Shown here in pieces: positions 12,948-25,044 of a stretch of 64,000 bases of DNA (positions within the stretch are counted from its first letter, which is position 1; the number at the start of each line of letters is the position of its first letter). The DNA is taken from the NCBI GenBank assembly GCA_013239625.1, contig MU053594.1:1864127-1928126 (forward strand), given 5' to 3'. Origin of the DNA: Lama guanicoe (Eukaryota). Made by a program: the position numbers and the translations under genes. The notes beneath the pieces were generated by a model. The model worked only from the letters and a program-made list of their open reading frames with translations. It ran no database searches and had not been told where the DNA came from.

Positions 12948-13471
12948 TATCAACTAAAAAAATACGCACAACCAAAAAGTGGAGAATTATGTTTTATTTG
13001 GTGGACAAAACTGAGGACTTAAGCCTAGAAAACAGTCTCTTTAGACAGCTCTGAGGGACTGCTCCAAAGAGGCAAGGGAGGAGCCAGGATATATAGGAGT
13101 TTAACAACAAAAACCAGGCAGTCAGAACATCGAGGAATTACTGTTAATTAAAGAGAACCTATTCTAGGTTTCTTCATTGATTTCCGCTTGGGGGAAGTAC
13201 CGGGGACTTCTTGGGAGCTGACCATGCGCTCTACCACTTGAGTTATACCCTTCCCCCAATTTAGCGCTATTCTATGTATGGGAAGATGCAAGCGTCTGGG
13301 CTCATTGAAATCATTCCTTTGATCTGCACCTTAACTATCAAGCCCTAGTGTCCTCCTTTTCTTCCACCCTGAGCCCCCTCAGGATGCACAGTTGGGGCTG
13401 CAGTGGCTGCTGTCTTGATGGCCGTAACATCCTTTGTTTACTGCTATGGCAGGGAATATTTTTCATCCACA
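12948..13471 (-). mobile_element. Solo ERV1-class LTR (MER41-like), antisense, interrupted by a degraded SINE at ~13160-13257
   Basis: TSD CCAC/CCAT at 12944-12947 and 13472-13475; reverse complement shares blocks with the 11969 LTR (cttgcatct...tagaa...ctaaa). Confidence 0.8.
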
Positions 13472-13848
13472 CCATGGAAGCAGATAAAACCCAGGTGAAC
13501 ATATAAAATAGAAGAGGGCTCAGAGCAGAACCCTGAGAAGCAGCAGCATTTAAGGCACAGGTAGAAAAAGAGAACCTTCAAAGGGGACCTGAATGTAAAC
13601 TCCACGAGGGTAGGGGCTGAGGTCTGATTTGTCATTAGCGTGTCTCCAGCTCTTTGAAACAGGGTGTGGCACATAGCCAGCATCAAGAAATATTTGTGGA
13701 AGGAAGGAAGAGTAGTCAAAAATAGATGAGGAAGACCAGGAGAGCTGAAGTCAGGAAGCAGAGCGCTTTAAGAAGATGCAGATGAGTGTCAAATGCTAAA
13801 AATAAATGAAATGCACAAACCAGATTATTCACAAAAGAAGGAGCTCAC

Positions 13849-13938
13849 CAATTGTTCCTCAGGATTGACTCCTGGTTCACAGAGGGCCAAGGGCCTCTCC
13901 TGTTCATCTTCGGGTAGGGATCCATTGAGCAGTAAGGC
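13849..13938 (-). CDS. DIXDC1: DIXDC1 exon 8 (ALLLNGSLPEDEQERPLALCEPGVNPEEQL)
   Basis: 90 nt, phase 0-0, acceptor ATTCAG, donor TTG|GTGAGC. Confidence 0.96.
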
Positions 13939-14391
13939 CTGAATGATCACAAAGGCAGAAAAATACTTAATTCCCATCAGATGACAGAGGATAGAGTTGG
14001 GCTTGGTAAGCTGAACCCAGAATGAAACCACAACCAGGCTTCCTCTAGAAATCTCATTGGTAATCTTGGACCCTTAGATACCTGCAGTTGCTCATCTTGG
14101 ATCTATCTGGAGTGCCTTTTGTCAGGCCCATCCTCCAGGCCTCTTTCATCTCTCTGGACACACGTGAATCCTCTGCTCCAAGGCTCCTTGGCCCCATAAA
14201 AAATTCTAAAAATAAGCCTTCCTTTCAGAAGTGACATTTCAAACCAGAGCTATTCAAACTGAATTTTACCAGCTGGAAAGTGAACTGAAAGCAGTGTAGA
14301 ATTATCCGGGCTTAGAAAAATTTATTACAAGGAATTATTTGGAATACAGTTGGAACACTGACTTGGGTTTGTTTGTCCCACCCTCACCCCC

Positions 14392-14520
14392 CTTTTTTTT
14401 CAGGGGAGAGGTAATTAGGTTTGTTTGTTTGTTTGTTTTTTAATGGAGCTACTGGGGATTGAACTCAGGACATCATGCATACTAAGCAGGCATTCTACCA
14501 CTGAGCTATACCCTCTCCTC
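14392..14520 (-). mobile_element. Camelid tRNA-derived SINE (Vic-1-like)
   Basis: Reverse complement of gggtatagctcagtggtaga...gttcaatccccagta... plus the ctaattacctc tail. Confidence 0.85.
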
Positions 14521-14654
14521 TGATTGAAAAATTCTGCATTTTTGCTCCTTAAGGCAACCTGGATAGAACAAGAAGGAAAAAAATATTTGCAGAGAGATGC
14601 CCTCATTCATTTCAACTTCTCACAACAAGCTGTTTCCATTAGAATATGGGGGAG

Positions 14655-14812
14655 AGAGGGTGCAGATTTACCCTGAAGTTAAGGAAGCTCAAACCTCAGG
14701 GCCCTGCCCAGGATCCTGTATCTAACATTGCATTCAGATCTGTAATCTTTTTCTTAAAGAAGGCCCCCCAAATGGTATACTTTAGGACTCACAAAGCTGG
14801 GATCCCCCCCTG
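14655..14812. mobile_element. hAT MITE (MER53-like)
   Basis: cagatttaccctgaag...cagggccc...ggccccccaaat...ggatccccccctg matches the recalled MER53 pattern. Confidence 0.6.
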
Positions 14813-15433
14813 CAGGTATAGGTATCATGAAACCTATTATAAAGCTCAGTGAAAGATTTAAAAATCTATCATTATTCTGTATCACAGTTTTTTTCTCAAT
14901 CCAATCCCAAGGAGAAGAGATACACAGAGGTTAAATCTTATTTCACCAAATATAAAACAAATCACATCAAATGTTGGTATTGAAAACATTTTAAAATCCA
15001 GCCACCGGCTGGTCTACCAAGTACAAATTAACAATAAAATTTTTGTCAATCAGATGAATTTGGTTATCCCATGGAGTCATGGAAAAAGGTACAGACAAGT
15101 ACAGACAAGTGTGAGAAGCCACAGGGCAGCAGGGAGCTAGGGAGAGCAACATTACAGAAATACCAACTAATGGCAATGTGTTCATGGGACTCCAAAAAGG
15201 TGCACTAAACAAATCAGAAAGGCTGAGCATGCAACTCGGTCATCACTGAAAGAGTTAAGAAGCCCAGGGGATGCTGTGAGCCTCATTGTATTCTGTGATG
15301 GAACTGAATTCTCATTGTGATCCTGTGGCTGTGAATTAAAACTCCTCTGTTTGCACGGAGCATTAGGTTGCTGACTTTCTGCCTGTTGATTCTCTCCTTT
15401 TTTTTCTGTCTAAGCTGCCATCGGATTTCTCCC

Positions 15434-15589
15434 ACACTGAAAAATGCAAACCAAACTGATGGATATCTCTGTTCACGTAATGAAAGTATCGTGAAAAAAA
15501 GAAAAAAAAAAAACACTGAAAAATGAAAACCAAACTGTGGATATCTCTGTTCACGTAATGAAAGTATCGTGAAAAAAAGAAAAAAAAAA
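15434..15589. repeat. Tandem duplication, two copies of a ~79-bp unit ending in an A-tract
   Basis: acactgaaaaatg(c/a)aaaccaaactg...gtatcgtgaaaaaaagaaaaaaaaa starting at 15434 and 15513. Confidence 0.95.
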
Positions 15590-16671
15590 TCTAGTTGAGG
15601 GTAATCCCAAAGTTCTCCATGCTTTAATCCTTCCTATTAAAGGACAGCACACAAAAACCATTCCATTAATCAAATCGTTCCTTAATGGAGTGACAGAAAA
15701 GGGAACTAAAAGGGAGACATTTTGAAAACTCAGAGCAAATGGGGGAAGATCGACAACTCCCCTCGGGAATGTTTAGGCAGTAAACATTCCTCCAGCCCTC
15801 CGGGTTCCTGGGGCATACATTATGCAAACTGTTTTACCACAGCACCAACCTCCTCCTTTCTTTAGGAACGCTTTGTGCCCCCACCCTGTTGCTGGCTGGC
15901 TGGGAGCACACCCTCCACCGCCTGCCGGCTGCCAGAGCTACTCACATAATGTGAGCTTTGTTACGTGCCCATAAATATTTGACAATCCAGAAGCAGTGCC
16001 ATTCCCAGCACAAACAGAAAGGAACACTTTTAGGCAATTTCAGGGTCATCAGAACGCTACAAGGGCTCCCCCAAACACGGACAGGCACACAAAGACAGAG
16101 GATCGCGAGGGTCATTCAGGGTAGAAATGAAGTCAAGTGGGTTAGTTGGCCCCTGGGGGAGATGTGCCAGCACTGAAGGCAGAGGGAAAACTGAAGGGCT
16201 TTGTTGCTCAAGGAAAACCTCTTCTACCTGATCGTTATGCCTTGGCATCCGCCTGCAAAGGCATTAAGAGTGAGCTAAATCGCTTGGCTGGACTCAGGCG
16301 GAGACCTGTGGCATTACTGGCACTGACAGCCTTCCTGCTGGAGAATTCCTAGGAGTACATCCCAGACTCCTCACAGTACCATTCTCTGGTGAAAGCTGCA
16401 ACTGCAGGTGTGTAGCTACAGACAGGGGAGAAACCCATCCACGAAGCAGAGAGCCAGGGTCAGGGTCCGGGTCAGGTAGGGCTGGGTACGGCTCCCAAGA
16501 CAAGAGTCCATGAACTCCATCTAAGAGGACTCAGGTGTAAGGAACTTTCTGCTCTTTGGGCCCTACTCCCCATCTAAACTTTGACTGCATAAGAAACTGG
16601 GTCAGTTTATTTTCAACTTAAAAAATAACCAACATTGGCGTACCAATGACAAACTACAGGGAGAAAGCTAC

Positions 16672-16820
16672 CTGTAGTCCAGATATCATTTTCTTGGCTT
16701 CCTCCATTTCTTTTTCCAAATGTTCTTGTTGTTCCAGCAGCTGTTCTTCCCATGAAGTCTCCAGGTAGGTTCCAGGGCTGCCTGGTCGCCAGTCCCGGGA
16801 TAATGGAGAGTCTGTCTCCT
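16672..16820 (-). CDS. DIXDC1: DIXDC1 exon 7 (ETDSPLSRDWRPGSPGTYLETSWEEQLLEQQEHLEKEMEEAKKMISGLQ)
   Basis: 149 nt, acceptor TTCTAG, donor CAG|GTAGCT. Confidence 0.96.
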
Positions 16821-18151
16821 CTAGAAAATGAAAGGGGCTAGTATAGTTCATGTTGAAGAAGATTGAATTTCGGGCACAAAGCGTTCGCAGTCCTCTGTTC
16901 ACAGGTTCAGGTCACCTGCCTTCTGAACCTGCCCTCACTGCACAGCCCGCACTGTCCACCAGGTGGGGCTGTGAGACATATAGAGCTGGCCATTAACTCG
17001 ACTCCGGGCTCAGGGGAGCAACGCTTGCTCTGTTAGGGACATCTAGCCTCTCTGAGAACATTAAGGAAGCAATAAAGCTCCCTCCCTGGGAGTCTTGGTG
17101 TGGGACAGATTTTTTTGGCATTCCGAGAGCTTGATGCTGCCAGGCACAAAGGGGAAGCTGTCAGATGCAATGAAAACAAAACTCCTGGAGCTTCAGAGGG
17201 GAGACCTCTGCTCAAATTCCTCTGACCATTTCATCACACTGAACCCCTTTCACGCATAACACTGTGTGAGTCACAAAGGAAGCAAACCAGCAAAAGGATC
17301 CGTGTGCAAACTGTTTCATCTCTCTCCCCAGTTTTACTTTATATTCCTACTTTTATAGTCTCTTTGCTCTGATTTCACTCATAAGAATGAATGTAATAAG
17401 TATAATCCTCTGGGTTGTTGTGATGATTCAATGAGGTAACCGATGCGCAAGGCCCAGCGGGGCCCGGCCCAGAGCACACACTCCCTCTTCCTCCCCAGGG
17501 TCCCAGGAGCGTCTGACTCAGTGACATGATGGACTCTTCGGTATAATGCCAGGGCTAGATGGGGCGTGCAATAAAGGAAGAATTTAATTCCACTCTTCCT
17601 TCTGAGGGCTTCGGTCTCATCATATCCCTATAGGTGAATAAAACTCTGTCTAAATCACGCACTTTGCTTCTTCCATGCTTTCCTCCGTGTTTATGTAAGA
17701 AAAAGGAGACCGACTGAGACAGAGGAAGATGTCTGAACAAAGGCAACTCTTTGTAGCCCTTCTGTAGCCCTCATACCGAGTCTGATGCAGACCTGCCATC
17801 TGCTGAATGTCCTCACAGACACCTCCACTCCTACTACACATTCCTGGCCCTAATTTAAGTTAGGGAAGTAATGAAATTGTAACACAAACTGTTTACTCGA
17901 GTAAGGCTTCAGACTGTTCCAAAGTCATCTCCTAATTCACAGGTAGCCAGGACTTTTGACAGCTGGGATATCAGAAGTGACAATCTGTGAGAAGATAACC
18001 ACGCGGACTGATTCGAGCCCTCCAGAGCAAAGCCTGCACGCACAGACTACGGAGGGGGAAGGAGGGACTTACAGGCAGATAGTCAGGACCCCCAGCCCTT
18101 CAAGCTGAAGGTTGTTCCTTGAACCAACCCAGGCAGGCTGAGAAACAGTAC

Positions 18152-18264
18152 CTGTTCTGTTCTCTATTCCTTCAGTGGGAATAATCACGAAGTCTGCCTT
18201 CTCCTCCGACTGGGTTATAATGGATTCGCTCTTTGCACTGTGGATAGGACTTGGGGAAGTCAAG
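18152..18264 (-). CDS. DIXDC1: DIXDC1 exon 6 (LTSPSPIHSAKSESIITQSEEKADFVIIPTEGIENRT)
   Basis: 113 nt, acceptor TCACAG, donor G|GTACTG; within ORF 18069..18263. Confidence 0.96.
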
Positions 18265-20749
18265 CTGTGACCAAAGGAAAAGAGAGAGAAACAATTACTA
18301 TGAACCGCTGCTTAGAAGTCAGCTTTCCTAATTTATCTCAGGCACACGTTCTTATATATCTCACTCCTACTGCCTAGCGCAGTGCCTGGCCCACAAGAAC
18401 AAATATTTGTCAAGTGAATAATGAACCTGTTGAATGAATGAAATGAATGTTGAATGAGTGAATGACTCAGTCCTAGGAAGTCTTTTCCACAACGAGGCTG
18501 CCTTTATGCCTAATTCATCGAGAAGAGATTTATCATATGGATGGGTGATCTAGCATTTTAAAGAACTTCAAGTTTGGTTTGGCTTTTTGTTTTTGTTCTT
18601 TTTCACTTCACCACCACCACCACCACCACCTCCTCCACGATCATCCCTGGGCTCAAGTTCAGAGACTGATACAGTATGTGTTCTAGTAGTTTTGGGAGCT
18701 GGAAGGAAAATCTATTTCCAATACATTGATCTTTCACAGACATATGCAATACCAGAAGAGTTATCATGGCAGATTAGCTCTGGGCTGATCCCAAAGGAGG
18801 GGACAGTGTGGAGGGTGCCTCAGTGGGGAGAAACTGCTGGAGTGTGGACAGTGCCAGGCTGGGCAAAGGGGCAGCGACGTATCAACAAAGCTAGGATGTG
18901 ATCCAGAAAAGGGTAATACGTCAAAAGGGGAAAAGACCTGCTAGGGGATGGTAGAAGTTTATTTGATTTGCTGTCATCAAAGAGATTCATATCCTTGCCA
19001 TGCTATTTTCAAATTGTCATCAGAAATCTCACAACAACCCTTAAGTTCTAATATAACTACAAGCCTCAGAAGGAACTGTTTGGATTTTTAGGGAAGTGGA
19101 ATTTTAAATCTCTGGAAGTAAATCTACAAGACATGAAGGGAAAGTGAGGCTGACGCTTCTGTCTGAAGGGCCCTCTTTCTCTGCCCTGCACCTTGAGAAC
19201 ATCAGTGCTGAAACAATCTCAGGGGTTGTGGGGTCTACAGGCCCAGCCCCCTCCCAGGAATTCTTTCCAAATCCATCACCCAGACAACAGTGAAAGTGTC
19301 TAGGATTCACTGACCCACTTAATGTGCCCCTGAAGTCTCCCAGGCTAATCCTCATAGCCATGATCAGGAGTTAACATTTCATCTTCCTAGAAACCAGGAA
19401 AAACAAGAGCCAAGCACAGTGGAGGTAGTCAGAGAATTCAAAATCTCTGATGCAGCCTGAGGACTAAGTGTCTCAACCTCCTCACTGTCCAGTTTAGGGC
19501 TTCGGTGGGAATGACCTCAGCCACTAATACATTCTCATCCTTACTAGAACCACAGCAAAAATGTTAGTTTTTTGCTTCTCCAAATTAAAGAAAGTTGCTT
19601 AAGTCTATCTATAGCTCTAAAACCTGAACAGGCAAGAGGGTGGAGGGAGGCAAGAAGTAGTGTTTAGAAAAGGTAATTGCTTTATAGAACTCTCTTATCC
19701 ACCCTTCACCACGTGGGCACTCTGACTTCCGGGCCAACATGAATTAGCTGCTGGAAAAGTACCAGTCTAAGGGTACTATGTCATTTATAAGAACAGATTT
19801 ATGACTTTTCAGGCCTCAGCATCCGCCTTCTTACAGAAACGGGGATCCGAGTGCAGGAGGAGGCCTGTACCAGCTGCTCCTCATCAAGAAATGATAAGAC
19901 AACACTTTCTCAGCTGACAAGGTGCAATGGCTGACATGTTCCACTGCCTGCGTTTGGCGGGACCACAGTGGGTACGTGTGAGACGGAGCGGGGTTGGGGT
20001 GGGAGGAGCGGTGTGAATCTAGGATGCGGGAAAACCGCTTTCCTGAAAGCAGAGGCGCACGCTCAGCTCCATCGGCTCCCTCCTAAGTGAGCCATCTCCC
20101 ATATAAGGGCAGGAGGAGGCGGACGTCTGCACATATCCAACCCCACTGGGGGAGTGGCACAGCAGGCAAAGGAAAACAACATTTCTTTTTCTTGAACTGG
20201 GGCTGCCAGTGTGTGAGGCCGCAGAGAGGTAAAGCCACTAAACTAACTGGCCAAGTCACAAGAGAAAGGATCTGAGGAAGAAAATTCTGGAGGCGCGTAT
20301 CAGAACAGGCACCTTGCTGCCTCCCCAAAAACCTCGGGATGAGGATGGTACATGAGTCAAAGAAAAGTATTTTGTTGCTAATTAAGTATATGATATACGT
20401 TCTCCCTGACTAGCTTAAAACCCCTATTTTATAAACAAGTAATCCCCTACTTGCCATCATCTCAAGTCAGGGAACAAGTGATTACAAATCAGGTCTGCCT
20501 GATAAATTCTTAATTCCCACAGGTCTAACGTCTCTCCACTCTCAATGTATCAGACAAGCAATCTCCCAACAAAGGTACCTCCAAATTAGAATCAATAAAA
20601 AAAATGGGTAATGGGCAATAAGAAAGACTTCGGTCCCCTCCTGAAGTGCCCTCCTCCAGCAGAGACAAGGCAAGGTAAAGGGCCACTCCTTCCCCTATGC
20701 TGGTTGCAGCTTCCTAAACCTACTGTATTTTATAGTTATAATCCCAGAC

Positions 20750-21850
20750 CAGCAGCCCGTTCTCCCCGCTATAGCGCCCCCACCGATCCCCGTCTGTCTC
20801 TGGTCAACAGCATCCTCCAGTCCTGACCCTGCTCCCACCCGTGCGCCCCACCTCCAAAGCCAAAGTGGCTTCAGCTCACCATTTGACCTGCGTCCCTCCC
20901 ATGGTCTCCCTCCTGGCTCCGGCTTCAGCAAGTCGGCTTCCCTGGGTGAAGTGGGAGGCTGAGGGTCACAGCGCTCCCCAATTCGGGCATGTCTCCCCGC
21001 GCTGGGGCCCGAAGGACGACTCCACGGGCAGGCCAACTACCAGAGCCGCTTGCCCCGGTCCCAGGAGAGAGTCGGGAGCACAGAGAAGCAGGCGTCTCGG
21101 CCCCAGAGACGGGGATGCTGAGGCGCGCTGTCCCGGCAGCTCAGACACTGCCGCAGCCCGGCCTCGGCGGAAGCCGCCTCCCCTCGCAGGCTGCGGGTCC
21201 CTGGCAGCGGCATCGTGGTCTCCGCGGCCGCGCGGCTCCGGGCGCAGGCATCTCAACCCATCTCCAACCCACCGGAGAAACGCTGCCCGCGGCTCCGGCT
21301 GCGCGGTCGAGTCCCGGGCTGGCGGCGATCGCGGCCCCGCACCGCCTCCCCAGGCCCGCCCTCCCGCCGCCCTCCCCCGCTTCCCAGGCTGTCACACGCG
21401 GCCAGGCAGTGCCGGGCTCGAAGGCAGCCAGGCAGTGCCGGGCTCGGACCCAGGCGGGCGCTCGCCCCGCCGACCGAGCTCGGGGCAAAGCAGGGCGGGG
21501 GCAGGGGCGGGGCTGCGGGGCCCAGTGGCAGCCCCCGGCGAGGCAGGGGAGGGGCGGCCGGTCGGCAGAATTACGGGAGGGGTCTGTGGTCCCTGCCCGA
21601 AAAGCCCAGAACTGGAAGGGGTGCCTTCTCTCTGACCCCTGCCTCGGTGGGTACTGGGGTCAGGGTGGATCTAACGCGGCTCCTCGCGGGAGGGGGCTCC
21701 CCCGGAAACCTGCCGAACGCCCGTCTCCCCCCACCTTCCCCTTGGGCGTTTTGTGTGTTCTTTTTTTCCAACTAAGGATCGTTTCGCGGGGATATGCTAA
21801 GAGGTTGGCCCGAGGTGAGGTCTAGGAAGCAACAGGCGGGCAGTCGGACA
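20750..21850 (-). promoter_or_regulatory. Intragenic CpG island / promoter of the short DIXDC1 isoform
   Basis: Very GC/CpG-rich, GGGGCGGGG boxes near 21504, contains the MGGTQVK exon. Confidence 0.88.
20880..20902 (-). CDS. DIXDC1: DIXDC1 short-isoform alternative first coding exon (MGGTQVK+TG, joining exon 6 to give MGGTQVKCLTSPSP)
   Basis: Kozak GAGACC-ATG-G, donor TG|GTGAGC, phase 2 matches exon 6; matches the recalled short-isoform N-terminus; lies at a CpG island edge. Confidence 0.92.
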
Positions 21851-22471
21851 GGGCTTTGCCAGGGTGTCTCTCAAGGAGCTGGGGGAGGGGATTAGACATA
21901 ACAGGCTATCTTTCCTATCTTCTGAGCCACTCCCCGTTTTGAGTCACATCCCGAGGGTCTCCTGGCCTTCATGGGCCACGGAGCCCTTAGGTGGACTCCC
22001 CCTGAGCAGAGGGAGCCGAGCAGAATGTGCCAGAGCCTTCTGGGTCCCAGCGTGCTGACTGAGCATCCCAAAGCGGCGAGTGAGAGGTTGGCTTGGAAGA
22101 CAATCACCAAATCAGGAAGGAGAGAATGAGGAATGCAAACTATTCTCTGATCTCTCTCCTAGAAAACTGTCGCTGTCAGCCCACTGCAGCCCCACTTCCA
22201 GAGGGCCCCTAATTCACAATGCCTCATAATCCTGCCCCCAGTCTGAGCTCTGCCAGACAGGAAGGAAGCAGGTGCTCTCAGGAAAAAAATCCAGACTTTT
22301 TTTCTAACTCTGGCAGGCACTATCAGGCACAGAAGAGTAAAAAGCCTGAAGCCAGGCAGGAAGCAATAGATCTATCTCATTATACAACCAAATATACTTT
22401 GATTCTATACCAAGTGATAATCCAAACAGCAAGCAAGGAAGAAACGGTTTAGATTCTCAATAAAAACACAC

Positions 22472-22640
22472 TTATTGATTAATGGGTACAAAGTACCCTT
22501 TGGGGTGATGAAAATGTTTCTGAACTGGATGGAGGTGATGGTTGCACAACATTATGAAGGTACTAAATACCACGGAATTGTACTTTTTTAAATGATTAAT
22601 GGTTAATTTTATGTTACGTGAATTTTAAAAATTAAAAAAA
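22472..22640 (+). mobile_element. L1MB-type 3' end
   Basis: aatgggtaca...ggggtgatgaaaatgtt...ggtgatggttgcacaac...aattttatgtta terminal motif. Confidence 0.8.
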
Positions 22641-22838
22641 ACACATCTCTTAAGTGTGAAAATTAAAGTTGAGCAAGGTTACCAGTGCATTAAAATGCTG
22701 GAAAGAATATCATGTAACCTCAGCAAATTAGACATTGGTCCATCAAACTAAGATGGAATTTTATGAGAAAAAGAAACAGGAGGAAGAAGGCAAAGACACA
22801 TAAAATATGTGTATATGTAAGACAAAGAACAATTAGAG

Positions 22839-22930
22839 CAGGGAGGGCATAGCTCCCTGGGTTCAATCCTCAGTATCTCTAAATAAATAACTAAACAAAT
22901 AAATCTAATTAACTCCCCTAAAAAAGAACA
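22839..22930 (+). mobile_element. Internally deleted Vic-1-like SINE
   Basis: gggagggcatagctc joined directly to cctgggttcaatcctcagta, then an A-rich tail. Confidence 0.75.
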
Positions 22931-23719
22931 ATTAGTCTTAACTAGAACAGACTTATGGTCATAGAACATAAATTAAATATGATTCAGCAATGAAATGAAG
23001 TTAGTAAATAAGCTAACATGATCTGGGGATGTGTTTATAGGAGCATGATTTACATGAGCCAGGAAAGTAATCTTTTTCTGCCACTATACTTGGCATCGAT
23101 CAGGCTTTTATTAGAGCAGTGTGTCCTGTTTTGGTTTCTGTGTTTGGCTCTAAGGGATATAGACAGCCTTTCAGCTGGAGTCACACACATCGTTAGCCCA
23201 CTCAGATGTGTACTAATCTGCCACAATTCCCAGCCTTATAATATAAATGAAAGCTGGGAACATTTTGAACGCTTTAAGATGACTGTGCTCATTTTCTCTT
23301 GCTGTGAGCTTTGTACAGCCTCTCAGGCCATAGCTTAGAGTTAGACTCAGGCACAAAGACAGTGGAATGGAACTGGCTGTCATAAACACTGGCAGCTGAT
23401 ATGCAAATATCAGAACCATCGGGCTGGGCTCTGACAGGTCCCAGTCATGCCCCCATGTGGACGCAGCTAAGCACTGGCACTGGAGCTCTGCACAAAGCTT
23501 CCATGCGCGGGAAATTCACAAGCATTCCACCCTACTCCTCCTGCCGGCACAAACCCACAAGGCAGTGCTGCGGGTTACCTGTTTAAAGCCAAACATAAAC
23601 GGAGAGGAAGAGAAAGGGCTTAGGTGCCTTATTGCCTATTGTGTTGCAACCCTGAGAATCCCCAAGAATTCAGCTTCTCACTAGGACTGCAATGGTGAAG
23701 AATCTGAGGCCACAGTTAC

Positions 23720-23827
23720 CTGGAGCAGCTGGACTCGGACGGGGACCTCTGCTGTCCTTCATACTGCTGCACCAGGGCTCGCACGCTCCAGTAGGGATTC
23801 TCAATCTCCTCATCCATGCTGCTGTTC
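23720..23827 (-). CDS. DIXDC1: DIXDC1 exon 5 (NSSMDEEIENPYWSVRALVQQYEGQQRSPSESSCS)
   Basis: 108 nt, phase 2-2, acceptor CTTTAG, donor AG|GTAACT. Confidence 0.96.
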
Positions 23828-24427
23828 CTAAAGTCAGGGGGCACCAGCAAAGGAGAGGTGTCAGTCCCTCACGTCAGCCCAGCAAGAACTGGCAGATGCC
23901 ACTCTGTGAGCACTATGGGGGAAAAGATGAATAAGGCAAAGCCGCTGTCTTAAGGACACTTGAAACCTTGCAGGGAAGACAGACACAAAAACAAGTAATT
24001 TCACCAATCCTTGCAACATCTCAGAGTCGCGCTCCCTCTCCACAGACACACAACCCACAAAGCGTTTCCGGCCATGACTCTCCAGGACAGCCTGGCCTTT
24101 AGTCACATGCCAGGGAGAGACTCCGCCCGGAGAACCGGGACGTTGCTCCCACATTATCTCCTGGTGCAGAAAACACAATGTGCCAAAGGCACCAGAGCCA
24201 AAGACTACATATATAGTTCCTTTACTTTCTACTGATGGCAAAATAAACGTCTCTAAAAGAAAGGGCTTTTGTTTTCTTTTGGAGTGCCCTTTCCAACCTC
24301 CACGCCATGCTCTTCTCTGCAATGTGGGCTGTTTAGGTGATATTTCCATCCATCTACTGCACTGTATCACTTAAGGGGAGAAATACCAGAGGAGGCGGAG
24401 TTCCCATCCGCAGATGTCCACCCTTAC

Positions 24428-24659
24428 CTCTGTCTGTAGCGAAAGACATCCCGCCCTGACCGTGACATGTCATGACACACGTCGGCCAGAGCAGCAGCTG
24501 CTCCCTGGGCCACAGCAGTGGCACAGTGTGGCTGGTGACTCTGCACAGGAGCTCTGGCGTCTCGTCCTTGGCTCACCGTCCTGCTGGAGCCAGGTTTGAA
24601 ATGAGCTGCCAAGGCCAGGACAAGCCTCATGATGGACTTCAGGTTTCCTTCCACAATAT
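24428..24659 (-). CDS. DIXDC1: DIXDC1 exon 4 (DIVEGNLKSIMRLVLALAAHF...DVFRYRQR)
   Basis: 232 nt within ORF 24424..24675, acceptor CCTCAG, donor AG|GTAAGG. Confidence 0.97.
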
Positions 24660-25044
24660 CTGAGGGACAGAACAAACAGCCAGAGGTCCTAAGAGGGAGG
24701 CAGAGAGCTGAGGGCTCATTCAGTGACTACGTCTTTGCTAGTGAACAGGTGAGCAAGGCAGCCGAGGTCTCTGTCCTCACAAAGCCATGTTCAAAAGGGA
24801 GACAGACGACTTAAAAGCAGTGACAACAGAGTACAATGAGGGTTCTCTGGGAGCTCAGAGTAGAAACATTTGTCTAGTCTAGAGGGCTCAGGGAAGGTTT
24901 CCCAGAGGAAGTGAGTTCTCAACTGAGACTTGAATGACCAACAGTGGTTCATCAGATGAGGGAAGAGAAGGAAAAGAGTATTCCAAGGAGAGGGAACAGC
25001 AAGCACGAAGGTCCAGAGGTGAGACAGCATGACACACCTGAGCT

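Noticed and set aside
20695..21825. Long overlapping ORFs (up to 278 aa) on both strands
   Set aside because: Stop-poor CpG island; low-complexity Pro/Arg/Gly/Ala translations with no recognisable domain.
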